Positions 49,543-63,465 of a stretch of DNA of 64,000 nucleotides are shown here, in pieces. The DNA lies in the NCBI GenBank assembly GCA_002189035.1, contig NEEC01000014.1:186001-250000 (forward strand), read 5' to 3'. The stretch comes from Utricularia gibba. Taxonomy: Eukaryota > Plantae > Magnoliophyta. Each line of letters starts with the position of its first letter. The stretch's first letter is position 1. A model generated the notes under the pieces. That model was not told the origin of the DNA, made no database searches, and saw only the letters and a list, made by a program, of their open reading frames with translations. A program made the position numbers and the translations under genes.

Positions 49543-50683
49543 TGTAATAACCGTGGGTTTAGGAAAGAGAGAGAGAGAAAGGATAGAACGACCCTCGTCG
49601 CCAGTCTAGCGCACTCAAACGAAGTGGTGTGAGAGATGTCGCATTTTCGTGGGATAAGGCACCGAAGCATGTGGGAGACCATCGTGCATTAGGAAAATTC
49701 CCCAGGTGTGGCACAACTCCCTCTCAAGTCGGGTGAGCGCTGGCGGGCAGGCAGGGAGCAAATTCGGGCAGCAGAAGAGGGACGCGGGCAGTGAACAGTA
49801 CCTTCGCGACCCGCCCGCGAGTTTTTACCCATGGGTAGGATTTGGGGGAAAAATTAGGGTTCTTAGCGAGCGTCTGGAACGGAAGCGCGAAGGAGAGCGA
49901 CGGAATGGTGCGTTCGGGTAGGAAACGAGCTCGAAATGTCGGAGAGTCGCGTGGGAGTGTTAAGGTAAGGGCGATTTCGCTTGGGCGCCGTGTGTGGAGC
50001 GTCGTGAGCCCTTCGTGGGCGGGCTGGTGTTCGGCCGCGACACCAGCAGCAACTCAGCTGAGCTGAGGTAGTGGAAGCTATGAGCCTTGAGGCGGGGTTG
50101 GTGCGAGCGCTGAACGGCCGAGGCGCGGTACCGACGGCAACGCGACTTTTGGTCGCGGGTCTTGTAGCCGTAAAGGCCTTCGGGCGAGCTAATGTGTGGT
50201 GTGCGTCGGAATAGGAACGAACACCCTACTCACGAACTAATCCCTTACTCTCGTGTGTAGATTTGGACTCACGGGCATCTGTGGAGGGCACCGATGGGGA
50301 GGCATCGACGGGGTAATCCGGCTGGAGGAAAGACCGCATCTTTGGGCTTGTGTATATGTGTTGTTGACTCGTTAGTTTCGGGAATGTTTCCCTCTTTTGT
50401 CTGTGCGTAAATCATGTGAGGGAAGTGCCTTCCCATGTGTGGCAGTGTAAGATAGGATGGGAAGTGTTTTTCCCTTGAGACAAATATGTACGCAGCTTTT
50501 GTTTGGGAAATGTTTTCCCAAGTGTATATCTTTAGTCTGAATGAGGCATGTTAGCAGTATTATTATGCATTGAGATCTTGGGTTGAGGTAACGTGCTCTC
50601 TTGGCTGGTGTCGGCCACGCTGCGTGGCCGAATACATGATAGTAGCGCACTTAATTATGATTTATGTTATCTGGTGCGTTACA
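49543..50683 (+). mobile_element. Solo LTR, Gypsy Tekay/Del-like (1141 bp, GC-rich)
   Basis: TGTAATAACC...GGTGCGTTACA termini flanked by the direct repeat ATATAC (49537-49542, 50684-50689). Confidence 0.82.
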
Positions 50684-53149
50684 ATATACACAGCAGTTTA
50701 CTTATAGGCAATTGATGAATGTTGGAATGGGTTGCTAAATGTCACGGTTTAGCATATTCAACGTATCAAAATAAATTTATAAATTTAGTTATTCTACTAT
50801 ACCAATCATAAAAATTATTATAATGTGTCAAATTAGGATTGAATCCACAATGAATGTTTGTCATTTCTCGAATTACTTTGCATTTACTAAAAACATGAGG
50901 GTTTTTTGGGGATTTAGATCTAATGCATATAAGACATAAAATAGTAGTAATTAAAATAAACGAGTTGTAGGGATGAAGATGCACTGAAATTAATGTCAAT
51001 ATACAAAAAACATAAAATAAAAGTGACTAAACTGGGTTTTACACCAAGGTCTAACTCTTGTGTCACTCAAGAGAGTTCATAGACTTAAATCCAATTTTAA
51101 TATCCTTAAAAATAGAGTGAAGGGTCGCATGAACAATAAATAACATGTTAAACTTAAAAGTAAACACGAAAGATTTAAATAAGAACATGTTCATAAGCTG
51201 AAATAAGGTCTACAGGACATTTCTCATTTACAACAAGGCACCGTAATGTAACAGAAAGCATGAAAACGAAGGAAATAACAACAGTAAGTTCAACAATAGC
51301 AAAAGTGCAAAAAACGCAAATAAAAGTATCAAGCTACTTTTTTAAGCTTTAGATCTGCTGGAAATCAAACCTTTAAGCAAAAAGCTGGTGTAGAAATGTG
51401 GATCTGAAGGTCGTAGGAGCCATTCCCCAAAGAAACACCAGAGAAACCTTTCTCTCTCTCTTCTTCCTTTTTCATTTTCCATCTCAAAAGTAAAGATGGC
51501 TTCATCTTTTCTATGACCTTATAGAAGGAATATCTTTACTTCAAATCTTATTTTGTCAGAAGATGGTTGCTTTCAGTGAAAAGCAACTTTTACATAACTT
51601 TTTTGTCTTTTTTAACTTGTCAATGTAGAAAATATGTTACTACAGTACTAAATTTTATCCTGTTAAGACTTAAACATATATTAGAGAAAAATATTAGAGT
51701 TTTCATTTCAATTATTTCTAATTGAGCCTATTTTCACAATAAACATATTTTAACAAACTAAATATACAAAAATAGATAATTTAGCACACTAAACAACATT
51801 TGATCTTATGAAACACACCTAAAAACATATATAAAAACACAATAAAAATAGTATTATTAGCAATAGTCAAGAAATTTTTGTTGTATGAAAGGATCTCATC
51901 CTTGTAAATCTAAACATGGGTGATTACCCAAAACAACATTTTCTTCACAAATTCATTCCAGTTCACAAACCTTTAACCACATTCATAAACCTCAAAGTTA
52001 TATCACATTCATCATGATGAACCTGACCTGAACATAAGAAATACAAGCTATCTTCTTTGGTTGCTACAATTCTGTTAAGTATTATTTGATTGTCATTTTT
52101 TGTATCTTTTTCTATGTTTAAATGTGATTAAAGTTTTTTTTATTAAAAGTTTATAATATAAGTTGTAGGTTTTATTTATATTAGAGTAATTATCATTATT
52201 ATTGTATTTTATTTAATCTTTTCTTGAATTTAGTTGTATTTAAGTATATGGTTGAAGAGGTACACTTAGCCGAATGCTTGAAAAAAGAGAGAACACAAGA
52301 TAATAAATATGATTTTCTTCAAAAAGACATTTTTCATGATTTTCAAAGGAATAAGGGATATTAATCATGATCCTTGATTTACTCGACACAATTGTGACTA
52401 ATAGAAGGAATGATAATTGCATTGCAGTTTCATAGTAACAATAAGGTTCATTGCAAGGCACGCAAAAGTAGCAGCAAAATTTATGGGTTCAACAAGTGTA
52501 GACGAAAAAATATTTTCTCTTTCTAGTTTATAGGTTATATTTTAAATTTGCATCTCTCTAGACACTTATTTATTTTCTCTCTAGTTTTACTTTGAATTTC
52601 ATATTTTGTATGGATGTTCATGGCTATACTCGTTTCTAGATTAGGAAACTTTTCCTTCTATGTTTTGTAAATAATTTTCCATTTCTTTTCTAAATTTGAT
52701 TGGGTTTCACATACCTCCACATGAATACGCTTCATGATTGTAATCCAAAGCAATGGACAGATAATGATCTCATATTTGGATCATTGAATCATTAGCAATA
52801 TTCAGGCACATGCATACAATTCAACTGTGAAGATAATCAATGGTTGGACTTCTATTTCTATCTTTCCATTCATCAAAGGAGGAGCTATATAAGGTAATTT
52901 TTGTGACTCTTTGCAAGAAAATGTAAGGGAACGCAGATAATTTCTTATTCTTATAATCAAGTATCTGAAAAAACTGGAAATGAGTGAAGATATAACAAAC
53001 ATAGTTGAAAAAGATTTTAATCCCAAAAATAATTCTTTTATTAAAGTTCATTGTTTAACTTTGATTTTGCTATTTACCTTACACAAGGTTCAACTCTCTA
53101 TGATTGACAATTGTACTACACTCTTAAAATGTTTTACATTTTATTTTCT

Positions 53150-53760
53150 TTTAAAATTTATTTTGAAACAAACACACATCAATGCTTCATAGTTTCTTAC
53201 AGCAAGGATTCTTGGAAATGGTATAAGAGATTTGGTCACATAAATATAGAAGCTAACAAAGAAGAAATGGTGCTCAGTTTGCCTCAGATTTCACATGCTA
53301 ATCAAATTTTCGATGGGTGCCTGATTGGAAAACAATCACAAAATATGATACCAAAAGAAGCAACTTTCAGAGGTAAGCAACTTTTTGAACTGCTTCATGT
53401 AGATGTATGTAGACCAATAATACCATATTCTGTTGAAGGCAACACGTATTTCCTTTTGTTTGTTGATGATTTCTCAAGAAAGATTTAGATCTGCCTTATG
53501 AAACACAAGTTTGGAGTTTTTGAGATCTCTTTATTCATGCTATGGTTGAGCAATACAGTGTCCTTAAACTCAAGTGCATCAAAACTTACAAAGGATGAGA
53601 ATTCACTCAAAAAATATTTATGCAATTTTGTGAGATGCTTGGAATTAGAATGAAGTTGTGGAAAGAAGAAACATGATGGTGGTAAATATGATTTTAAGTG
53701 TTGAAAACTACATCTATTTTAATAAAGTTTGGAGAGATGTTATATATACTGTAGTATATC
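53150..53760 (+). mobile_element. Copia pre-integrase/integrase relic
   Basis: WYKRFGHIN...DGCLIGKQ...ELLHVDVC...YFLLFVDDFSRK, followed by stops and frameshifts. Confidence 0.75.
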
Positions 53761-55473
53761 TTCTCATCATATTAGTGAGCAAGTGTGGTCCTGATAACAC
53801 ATATTTTATTTGTATTTTTATTTTTAAATTAATATTATTGTAGTGATATTAGATATTTTGTGCGTAGTTTTTAATATTTTAGTAACTTTAGTACTATTTG
53901 TGTTTTTATATGTAAAATTCGAATTTAATCAATAATTTAGTATACCTTATGATATTTTTCTAAGTATTAACAGTAGTGTTGTAAAACAAATCAGGCTTAA
54001 TTTAGATGCACAATGTCGATGGAGGACAGCATACGAGGAGGAAATATAAATGATTATACTAACTGTTAGTATTTTCTAAGGCCAAGAATAATAGATGCTT
54101 TGCAAAAGTGAAAGAAGCAGAAAGCAAGAAAAATATTTCGCGAAGAATGATAAAGAATAGGGGAGAACATCAGCCAAGGCGAGGAAGAAGCCGATTTAGG
54201 AGGGAACTTCAAGTGGGAGCTCTTCTAGCACTACAGTTACTTTTGTGCTATTGTTCCAATCCCATTAGTGGCTAGAAATTTTAGTTTCTGGAATTGAGTA
54301 AGATTCTTTCAATGTCTTAAATATCAATCTCGGCTATTCGATGAATTTCTTTTACATTTTGCATATTTTTACATATATATATGTTACAGTTTTTTTGTAA
54401 TATCTATTAATCATTATTCAAGAGTGATTGGTCGTTATTCATGGATTTTGATATAGAACAATGTAAAGAACATCATCCCTACCTTTTGGTTTGAAGTACA
54501 TAGTGAATTATTCATGATCATGATACTTTATTAATAGATAAATATTGACCTCATAACCAAGACATTGATAGTTGATAACAATCTTGCACATTTGCAAACT
54601 TTGATTTTGAGAAAAATCGACGTTAATTAGGGTTTATAGCTACCAACCTAAAATTGATTCAAAACTAGGATCATAAAACTGAAATTCAAATCTAATTAAA
54701 ATAATTAATGATATAAATTGAATGAATTAGACCATTGATAAACGGAAAATTTACAAAAGTCATAAATATGTAAATTTACATATCAAATAAAATTAATGAG
54801 CCTAATACACGCACAACTATATAACAAATATGAATATAGTAAATTAGGGTTGAACATAAGGAATTATGTGTTTATTATATAAAGACTAATGCATTCAGTT
54901 TTTATCACGTTGAATATTAAATCTAAATTAAGACTAATGCAGGTTTATCATAATAAAACAACAAACAGGTAAATTCAATTATTATTTAGCATAAGATAAT
55001 GCAATGCTTTAATGCTTCCAAGAATGATATGATCATTCATTTAACAAATTAAGAGTTCAAGTCTATCTAAACTCTTGTTTTTCTTAACTTTTTTCTAGTT
55101 AGGTTTGTTTATAACAAATATTACCACTTACCCCTCATAAATCTAGTCTGTTTTGATAAAAAAAGTTAATGTGATTATCAAGTTAATGTAATCTAACAAG
55201 TAATAATCATGTTCATTCCTTTTTACCGCAAGTCATCATGTGTGTTTAAGTACTCATGTTGAAGAAAAATAAAACTAGTGCATACAACATTATCCACTAC
55301 ATGCTCATGTCATAATTTGATAAAAAGAAAATAAATAGAAGCAAAATGTAAATAGTTCAAACAGAATGTCAAATCGTTACGATCTACTCTTGATTGGAAC
55401 TAATATTCTTGATAAACAAAAGATTTCATATCATCATATATAAATATTTAAAAATCATTCATCGTTTATAAAT

Positions 55474-55635
55474 ATTGCTTCCCTTCAACCCTAATTTTTA
55501 TTTATTAATATTTAGGCTTTCTCAATTGGGTTTCATGAAATTCCTGATGCTTAATTAATGGAATGAATCCCATGGTAAGCACTAGTTCGATAGGTAATCT
55601 TTTTTTTAAAAAAAAAAGAATTATTTGTTTTCGGT
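55474..55635. repeat. ~150-160-bp direct repeat, second copy at 61381-61526
   Basis: ATTGCTTCCCTTCAACCC...GATGCTTAATTAATGGAA.GAATCCCATGGTAAGC.CTAGTT...TTATTTGTTTTCGGT is shared, with one short indel. Confidence 0.85.
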
Positions 55636-57596
55636 ATAATTCCCTAGTCACAGAAAAGCATGATTTCTTAGTCATCTTTGCCTCTACCCAAGTCTCACAC
55701 TTAGTAGGTAACTCATGCAATCTAGGAATCAAATTTAATTACTGCATCCTTTTCATGTAGGTATAATTCACATGACTTAGCCTAGCATGCCAAATATCAA
55801 AAGAACACATCATGTAAGCAGAATCAACTTTATTCTCAAAAATAATGATAGCATTCATTACATATAACTCCTGACTACCAATGTATTCTTTCCCAACAAA
55901 GACATTGTTCTTCATCACCACAACAACCCCATTGCCTAAGTTGATGTTTAGGCCACACTTATCCATCTGGATAGCTGAGATGACATTGGTCTTTATGGCA
56001 GGGGCATGCAACACATCTCTCAGAAGGACAGTCTTCCCTAAGGTGAACTTATGGGTGACTTCTCCCTTTTCAGGCACTGGAGTAGTAGACTTGTCAGCAA
56101 ACTTGATCACGTGATTGTCACCTCCAAGTGGACTATAGGAGGAGAAGTAATCCTTCCTTGAGCAAACATGACGGTTTGCTCCAGAGTCCATGATCCAGTC
56201 ACCACTAGCCTCAATTAGGTTCAAGTAACCCAGCATGGTGACAATCACTTCATCATTATCATCCCCCTGAGCCATGTTAACATTGGCTTTGGGAAGCTCA
56301 CTACCAGGTTTGCCAGTCTTCCTGTGCTTGCACTGTGCTGCATAGTGCCCTAGCTTACCACAGACAAAACAATGGCCCTTTTTCTTTTTGATACCATCAT
56401 TAGTAAGAGCTAATACAATATGAGAACCAGAATCATAAGGTTTGGAGCGAGATTTGTACCTCCCTTGTTTGTTCTTCATAACATTCGCCGGGTACTCATG
56501 GCTCATAGGCTTCTTACCTGTTTTCCTCTGCCTCTCTTCAATTGCAATGTGATTGATCAGGTGGTCCAGAGTCATCTTGCGATCAAATTGACGAATCTTT
56601 GCCTTATAGTCATCCCATCCTCGTGGCAGCTTGTGGATCAAAGTTCTGAGTAGTCATGTTGTCCAGGAGGCGATGGAACTCATTGATTTGGACTACCACC
56701 TCCTTGTCATCAGTCATCTCCCACTGCAGAAAATTAGTGACTGCAAATCTGGATGTCACAGCCTCCTCTGCAGTGTACTTGGTAGTCATCGACTTCCATA
56801 TGAAGGCAGCATCCTTGAAGACTACATACACATCGAAGAGACTATCACCAAGGGTGGTAATAATGGTATGACGACATACCCGGCTCGCTCAATCCCAGCC
56901 TGTAGCGAGGATATCAGAGTTAGTGGCTTCCTGTTTGGAAACCTCAAGAGCCCAGGCAATGCCATGCATATCCAGCAACTCAAAGATGCGATCTTTCCAG
57001 CGCCGAAAATTCTTTCCATCAAAGGGCTCGATTTTTGCAGTATCAGGGAACTGGCGACTCACAACCGGATGACTCAGGGACAGATCGTGAAGACCAGAGG
57101 TGACCTGTGGCACGGAGACAAGCGGATTCTGGACCAGATGGACAGGATTTATCTGCAATGCCGGCATAGCAACCAGATTTACAATAGGGAGGTCATCAGT
57201 GTCGGAGTGGCGTTGGTGAACAGTGTGCAGGTCACCGGAGGCACGGGCAGCGGCGGGTTAGGGTTTTCCAAAGAGGCACCAGTCGGATCCATCGAGAATA
57301 TTCTTTAGATTGTTGTAAATCGAACACAAAAAAAGAAGAAAACCTCAGACACATAAATGTTGTCCTAAAGATTTCACGATCCCCAAAATTCAAGAGACCC
57401 TTCGAGAAGCCTCCGGGAGCCCAACCCGGAGCCCAACCCGATCTAATAAATTAAGACCCTGCGGGCGCGTGAGGCCCAACTTACTCTCAAGCCCATCAAA
57501 TGTATTGGGTTGTCTTCCCTTATAAACTAGTTGAACATGTGTTCAACTAGCAATGTGGGATAGAGCATCCCTTCTCCAATACACCTTATTCCAACA
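55636..57596 (-). mobile_element. 3'-truncated Ty1/Copia element
   Basis: 5' LTR 57311-57596 (TGTTG...CAACA, internal hairpin CTAGTTGAACA-TG-TGTTCAACTAG). Gag EPFDGKNFRRWK, CCHC knuckle CFVCGKLGHYAAQC, protease WIMDSGANRH, pre-integrase WHARLSH. It ends at the integrase start. Confidence 0.9.
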
Positions 57597-57846
57597 GCGG
57601 TGAGGGTGGGGGAGGTGAATTGGGCGGTGGCGGTAAGGGTGGAGGAGGTGAATCCGGTGGTGGCGGTGAGGGTGGAGGAGGTGAATCGGGCGGTGGCGGT
57701 GAGGGTGGAGGAGGTGATTCGGGTGGTGGCGGTGAGGGCGGAGGAGGTGAATCCGGTGGTGGTGGCGGTGGGCAATGAAGAAAAGCTGTGGTTGCCGCAG
57801 CAAGACAGAGAAAAACTAGAGGAATAGAGCGGCCAACCGTCGTCAT
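57597..57846 (-). pseudogene. Pro-rich extensin-like gene copy D, 5' half only
   Basis: Signal-peptide-like MTTVGRSIPLVFLCLAAATTA followed by five 11-aa (D/E/N)SPPPP(S/L)PPPP units, cut by the Copia LTR. It shares the core promoter with copies A and C. Confidence 0.8.
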
Positions 57847-58296
57847 CCTTGTATACGAGTGACTACTACAAGGTGATATTAAGCGCACAGCCTTCCCCCA
57901 TTTATATCATTGTATAGCCCCCGTGAGGGGTCATTTATGAATGTAAGCATCCTTACACTATGGTAAAAATTTTATACTAAAACTCCCTACTTTTCTCACA
58001 TACAATTTTTACAGCGCCTAAATTTCTAATCAACCCCCTTGAGGGATCTGAGCATAGCTTTGGAACACAGTTCTAGGACATTAATTAAGAAACCCTGGAA
58101 AAGCAATGGGTCATTTGTTTGTAGGATAATTTAGCTAATTACCGATATGCAAACTAATTGGTTAAATAGTGCTATTTCAAAAATCTTTACATTATAGTAC
58201 TATTTTATTTATATTTTTTCTAAATAGTCTTAATTTTAATATATCATATTTAATATAATGAGAGAACTAATTTTTATTAAAAAAACACTAAAACAA

Positions 58297-58297
<1 letters not shown>

Positions 58298-58348
<51 letters not shown>
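58298..58348. repeat. Compound microsatellite (AC)n(AT)n
   Basis: Direct reading of the sequence. Confidence 0.95.
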
Positions 58349-59212
58349 TTAGTTTTTATAATATATATAACATTCTGATTTATAATACAAACTGTTATAA
58401 TATGTACAATATCTCAATTTTATATTATTAGTTTTATGAAAAATTAAAATTAATAAAATTTTCAATATTTTAATTAATCATTTTCAATTTTTTTTATGTC
58501 TTTTTGAATTAATTTTAATTTTATAAAATATATAATTTACAACAAATCCGAATCAAATCTTTGACCCAAAGATTTAACAAAGATAAAAAAAACATCAATT
58601 AAACTATATGCTCAAGAAAACCATATCAACATCATTTATCTATATGCCACATGGTGTCCTTGTGTCTTAAACATATATACATTGGCATGGGTTATGTAAC
58701 CCATGTCCGTATCTTAGTTGGTAAAATATTTTGCAGTTAAAGTTTAAGTGCTCAATTCACGTTTATCTCAAATAATATTTTTTTAAAATTAAAAACTAAA
58801 AGTACATGTTTTTATAAAACTTGACATTATGATTGTAATCATTATTCCTAAGTTAAAGGAAAAACATCTCAGCCTACACTCAGCCCATCAGGAGGCACAC
58901 AAGCAGACAAATTAACGGCTGTTTTTTTAGCCGTTGAGACTGCCCTATAAATATGTATAACCTGTACTGAAAATTGTAAGTTTTGAAATTTAATCCTCTT
59001 CTTGACTTATAAGCTTGTAGTTCTCAATCTCTGCGTTCAAGATGGTAACCCAATCTCAAGGCTTCAAGCTTGGAACCTATAGAACCTTTTCATGGTGATA
59101 GCTTTGGGATTCTGAGAAATTCCAAGAGACCAAGATCAACTCAGGTCACTCTACCACCCACTGGTTTTATTCTTTCACTCATCCTGTTTCCTGCAGATAG
59201 TAGATCGTTATC

Positions 59213-59960
59213 ATGGCATCAGCTAGCTCATTACCGCCCACTGTCTTTGATGTTAAGAACTATACGATTTGGGCTGTGAAAATGACTAACCACCTCAAGA
59301 CGGCTGTTGAAACTCTGGGATGTCTTTCTAGAAACTCCCAAGTTCAATGATGATGATGCCGAGGCTACAAAAAAATAGAATGACAAGTCTCCTCTAGGAA
59401 GAAGTGTACTTGATGCTGCACTCATGCGGGAAGTTTATAATCATATTATCCACTGCACCTTCCCAAAGGAAGTTTGGGATGCGCTTGTCGAAGAATTCTC
59501 AATCGCAGATGAAAGAAAGGAAAAGAGGTTACCAATCATTGGAGAGCTACAGATGGATGACCTGAAACTATACTCTGGAATCTCTGTAGCAACTTTCAAG
59601 GGCACGTTGATACCTGCGGTCAAAAAATTGAAAGCACTAGGGGAAAGTATGGATGACAGTAGAGTAAAAGAGAAGATCGTTGGAGTGCTCCCTAGACTCT
59701 ACAATTCTGGTATTAGTGCCATCGCTTTGCCAGGAGGAATGAAGAGACTTTTACCTGCTCAATTGATAGAAGCACTTGAAGATGCTGAAATAAGAGAAAA
59801 AAGATACCAATTATAAGTTTAAGGCTATGCAGACTGGACCTATTATGCAAAATTATAATAAAGAAGGGAAGAGTGACTTTTAACCGTGCCCATATTGCAA
59901 CCAGAAAAATCACCTGCCTACCAACTATTTCTATCACCGTGCAAGATTTGTAACTATCGT
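59213..59960 (+). pseudogene. Copia gag-derived relic (DUF4219/UBN2-like plus decayed zinc knuckle)
   Basis: PPTVFDVKNYTIWAVKM, KEVWDALVEEF, LKALGESMDDSRVKEKI and CPYCNQKNH. Frameshift near 59311 and a TAG near 59376. No pol or LTR pair seen. Confidence 0.7.
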
Positions 59961-62900
59961 CAAGAAAAGGAACACATCCAGCTGGTATGCAAGGGAAGAA
60001 AAAAAGATGAGCAATTAAAATGGAACAACTCAGCACAAAAGGGGTACCATTGTTTCTGAATCCCTTAAGAGAGATTCACTTGCATTCTACGCATAACTTG
60101 TAATTCTCCCCTTTTTTCTTTTTAGTGAAACCATCTTCTTCGATGAGCTACCCAACTCCATGGTTTTCCATGCTAATGGTTTTCATGTAAAAAAAATCTT
60201 CAGCTTTCTTTATTGCTTTGATCATAACACCAAAATCGAACTACGAAACCGTTAAATCAGAAGCATAAATACCAGTTTAACACTCCAAATCGGATTCCTT
60301 CTCAGAATCTATTTTTAATCACAACAAGAGTGCAATTAAATTATTAGCCTAAGTATAAGCTGAACTAATAAAAAGTCAATGAAGAAATGTGTGGATGAGA
60401 TTTGAGGATAAGGGAAGTTTGAGTGATAAAGCAACTAGTGAATCTTCCATGATATGTGGCTGTACGTAATGACTTTAAGAAGATGATAATTTGATGGTAA
60501 GTTTTGTTAATTTTATGGTTATTTAGGAAAGTGAGTTATTTACCTTCGATTGGTTGTTATCTCTGAAATTTGTTAATATATTATCGATTATTCATCTTGC
60601 TTGTGAATATTGTGTCGATCTATATTGATCGAGATGCACTAATGCATTAAAAAATAATAGTAGATTTGATTTGAGTTGGAGAAGTGTAGGCTTGCAGTTT
60701 AGCCCGATCTGGTTATGTTCAGGTGAGCAAATCGTGTAATCCTTATTTTCATCTTTGTTAGCTTTACATGTATACAAACAATTCAATCCAACATATAGAA
60801 TACAACATCGAGATGATAATGCAGAAAAAAGATCTGAATTTATCCTTATTTTCATCTTTGTTAACATTCAATTGAATGAATTTGACCACAGCATCCAATT
60901 CATCCATCTAATTTTCATCCTTAATTTCACGACCCTCATCAACCATACCATTAGAGGTAGGACAAAAAGTAGACAAATGAATTTACAGGTAGAAATCGGG
61001 TAAATTTAATCTTATTTACCTTATAAAATAGTAGACTCAAATATAATATGCTTTAAAAAACTTAAAAAAATTAAAAATTAAAAATCATCTACATTTTTAA
61101 GTTTAGTAAATTTAATGTTGAGAGTTTAATATACTATTACTTGTGATCTCATATATTTGTTGTCATATTATTCTTAATTTTAGAAATGAATTAAATTTCA
61201 TTTGATATTACATTTTATAAACACCAAGCCCTCATTTGACTCGTGCATTTTTAAATAAAGATTCCGCATTGCTATGTTTTCTACCACAAAATTGCTATAT
61301 TAATGAGCTCAATACTAAAATCAAGATTCCATATCGTGATATATAAATAGTTACATTTATAAATTAGGGGTGTCTTAGGCATTGCTTCCCTTCAACCCCA
61401 ATATTTATTTATTAATATTTAGGCTTTCTTAAATTCCGGATGCTTAATTAATGGAACGAATCCCATGGTAAGCGCTAGTTGGATAAGTAATCTTTTTTTA
61501 AAAAAAAATAATTATTTGTTTTCGGTTTACTCACAAGCCACGTGGAACAATTAAGCTAATAGGTAGACAATTTGTTTTCGTTTTACTCAAAAGAAGTTGA
61601 TAAAATTGTTTTGGCATTTAAACTCAACATTTTATGCATATATATAATAACAGATCCAATTGAGCTAATAGCTAGACTATTGATATATGTATCATATTGT
61701 ATATTTGAGTATTACATATTGATACGTAATTAATACAAAAAACTGAAGTATTTTCGTAATATATGTAATATAGTTCAAAATACATATTTCGTTAGTGTTT
61801 TTCTATCAATGTTTAACCGTGCAATTAGATGTTTGAATTATGGTTTTTAATATTTTGATAATTTTAATGTTATTTGTATTTTTTATGTGTAAATGTAGAG
61901 TAAATTGATGGTTTAGCCCATATTATGTTTTTTAATGTTTTTGCAAGTATTAATAGTACTATGATGCAAATCACGTCTAATTATGTACATAAAATCGAGT
62001 AGACATGACATATGAGGAGAGCATATGATAGACTAATTCAACCTTCAACATTCTCTTGGTTAAACCATGAAAACTATAAAGTATAGAAAAATAGAGATAT
62101 TTAGGAGAAATGAAAAAGAAAAAAGATATATTGTTTTGGAGAGAATTCGAAAACAAGAGACCATATATCCAAGAGGAGGGTGGTGAAATGGATCAATAAA
62201 GAGGAGCCACCTCAACCGAGACAAAGACCCAAGAAATTATTCTCAAGCGCTATTGCTCCTAATTGGAAGCAATATTGTGGAATCATAACTCGATTTATTA
62301 TCATTTGTAGGATTGAACATTTTACTTCGAGCTTGTCGTTTTAATGTTATGACTATAGCTATGAACATGATTTTACCTTTGTTTTATGAGGTTTTGATTT
62401 ATTTTGGTATGGGTAGATAGATATTATGTGGTGTGCTTTAGGGAAGAATAGGAAGAGATGTAATATCAGCCTAAGGTTTGAAAACTTGTGAATGTTTATG
62501 TGAATTTTTCTAACAAATTGGAATAGATGTAGGAAAAAAGAAAAAAGAAAACTCAATCATAGAGGTAGACAAAAAAAGTGAGATATATTTTCATAAGTAT
62601 ATGAATTAATAGAATTCACAGGTAGAAATTAATAGAATTAGTTAGATTTTGTCTTATTTAGCTTAAGAAATGGTGAATCTAAGTATAAGGTGATATTAGA
62701 AAACTCGTAAAAATTAAAAAAAATAACCATAAAAATTGGTTCATGTAGAACTAGACCGTCTGAAGTTAGTTAATATTTTTGAATCCTAAAATTCAATATC
62801 AAGTGAGGACATTCCCCAGAAATCATTGAGATACTTACGTTTTAATTTTTTAAATTAAGGTCTAATGTTTTATATTACTTTATTTAATTTATATTTTATT

Positions 62901-63465
62901 GTTTACTTACATTTAATTTTATTTACAACTTAAAATATAATTAACCTGTGTTTTTTTGCCTATTTTCACATCACAATTATTATTTCTTTGAGTTCAACTC
63001 CAAAACCCACTATTCATCTTGTATCTAATTTATATTTAATGAGGATAACAGTTTTATGAATTTCATTGAATACAAAAATTTCTAATTTACTCGACGATGT
63101 GAAATTATCGTTTATCAAATATTTGTATCATTATTATTTATTTGCTATGTTGATAACCCACGCTGCACATGAATGAATTCGTGGTTACATGAATACTTGG
63201 TATTATTATTTTTTGTTTGTATAGGAAATTGCTTTTTTTTTTTAGTTTTTTTTATTTGTGGTGCACTCACTCTGAAAAGATTCCCTACGTGAGCATACGG
63301 TCAAATGAAATAATAACATTCATTTCCTCTAATTCATTATATATAGCGTAGGTTCAATTCTTGCTTATGTCTCGTACAACTCGTTATGCGATATCCATCT
63401 CCATTGACATTTTCCTACGTGCGAGTGAAGGTAATCTGAAGGCTTTACTTATTCCCGTTCAGACC

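Noticed and set aside
50700-53100. AT-rich region with short ORFs
   Set aside because: Probably old repeat debris; no boundaries or motifs I can support.
57600-57770. Regularly spaced 33-nt repeats resembling an array
   Set aside because: Coding tandem repeats without unique spacers in a plant genome; not CRISPR.
57543-57827. His-rich and Val-rich ORFs (also at 23741, 24219, 48198, 48297)
   Set aside because: Alternate-frame or antisense readings of the CCA/CCG Pro-rich repeats.
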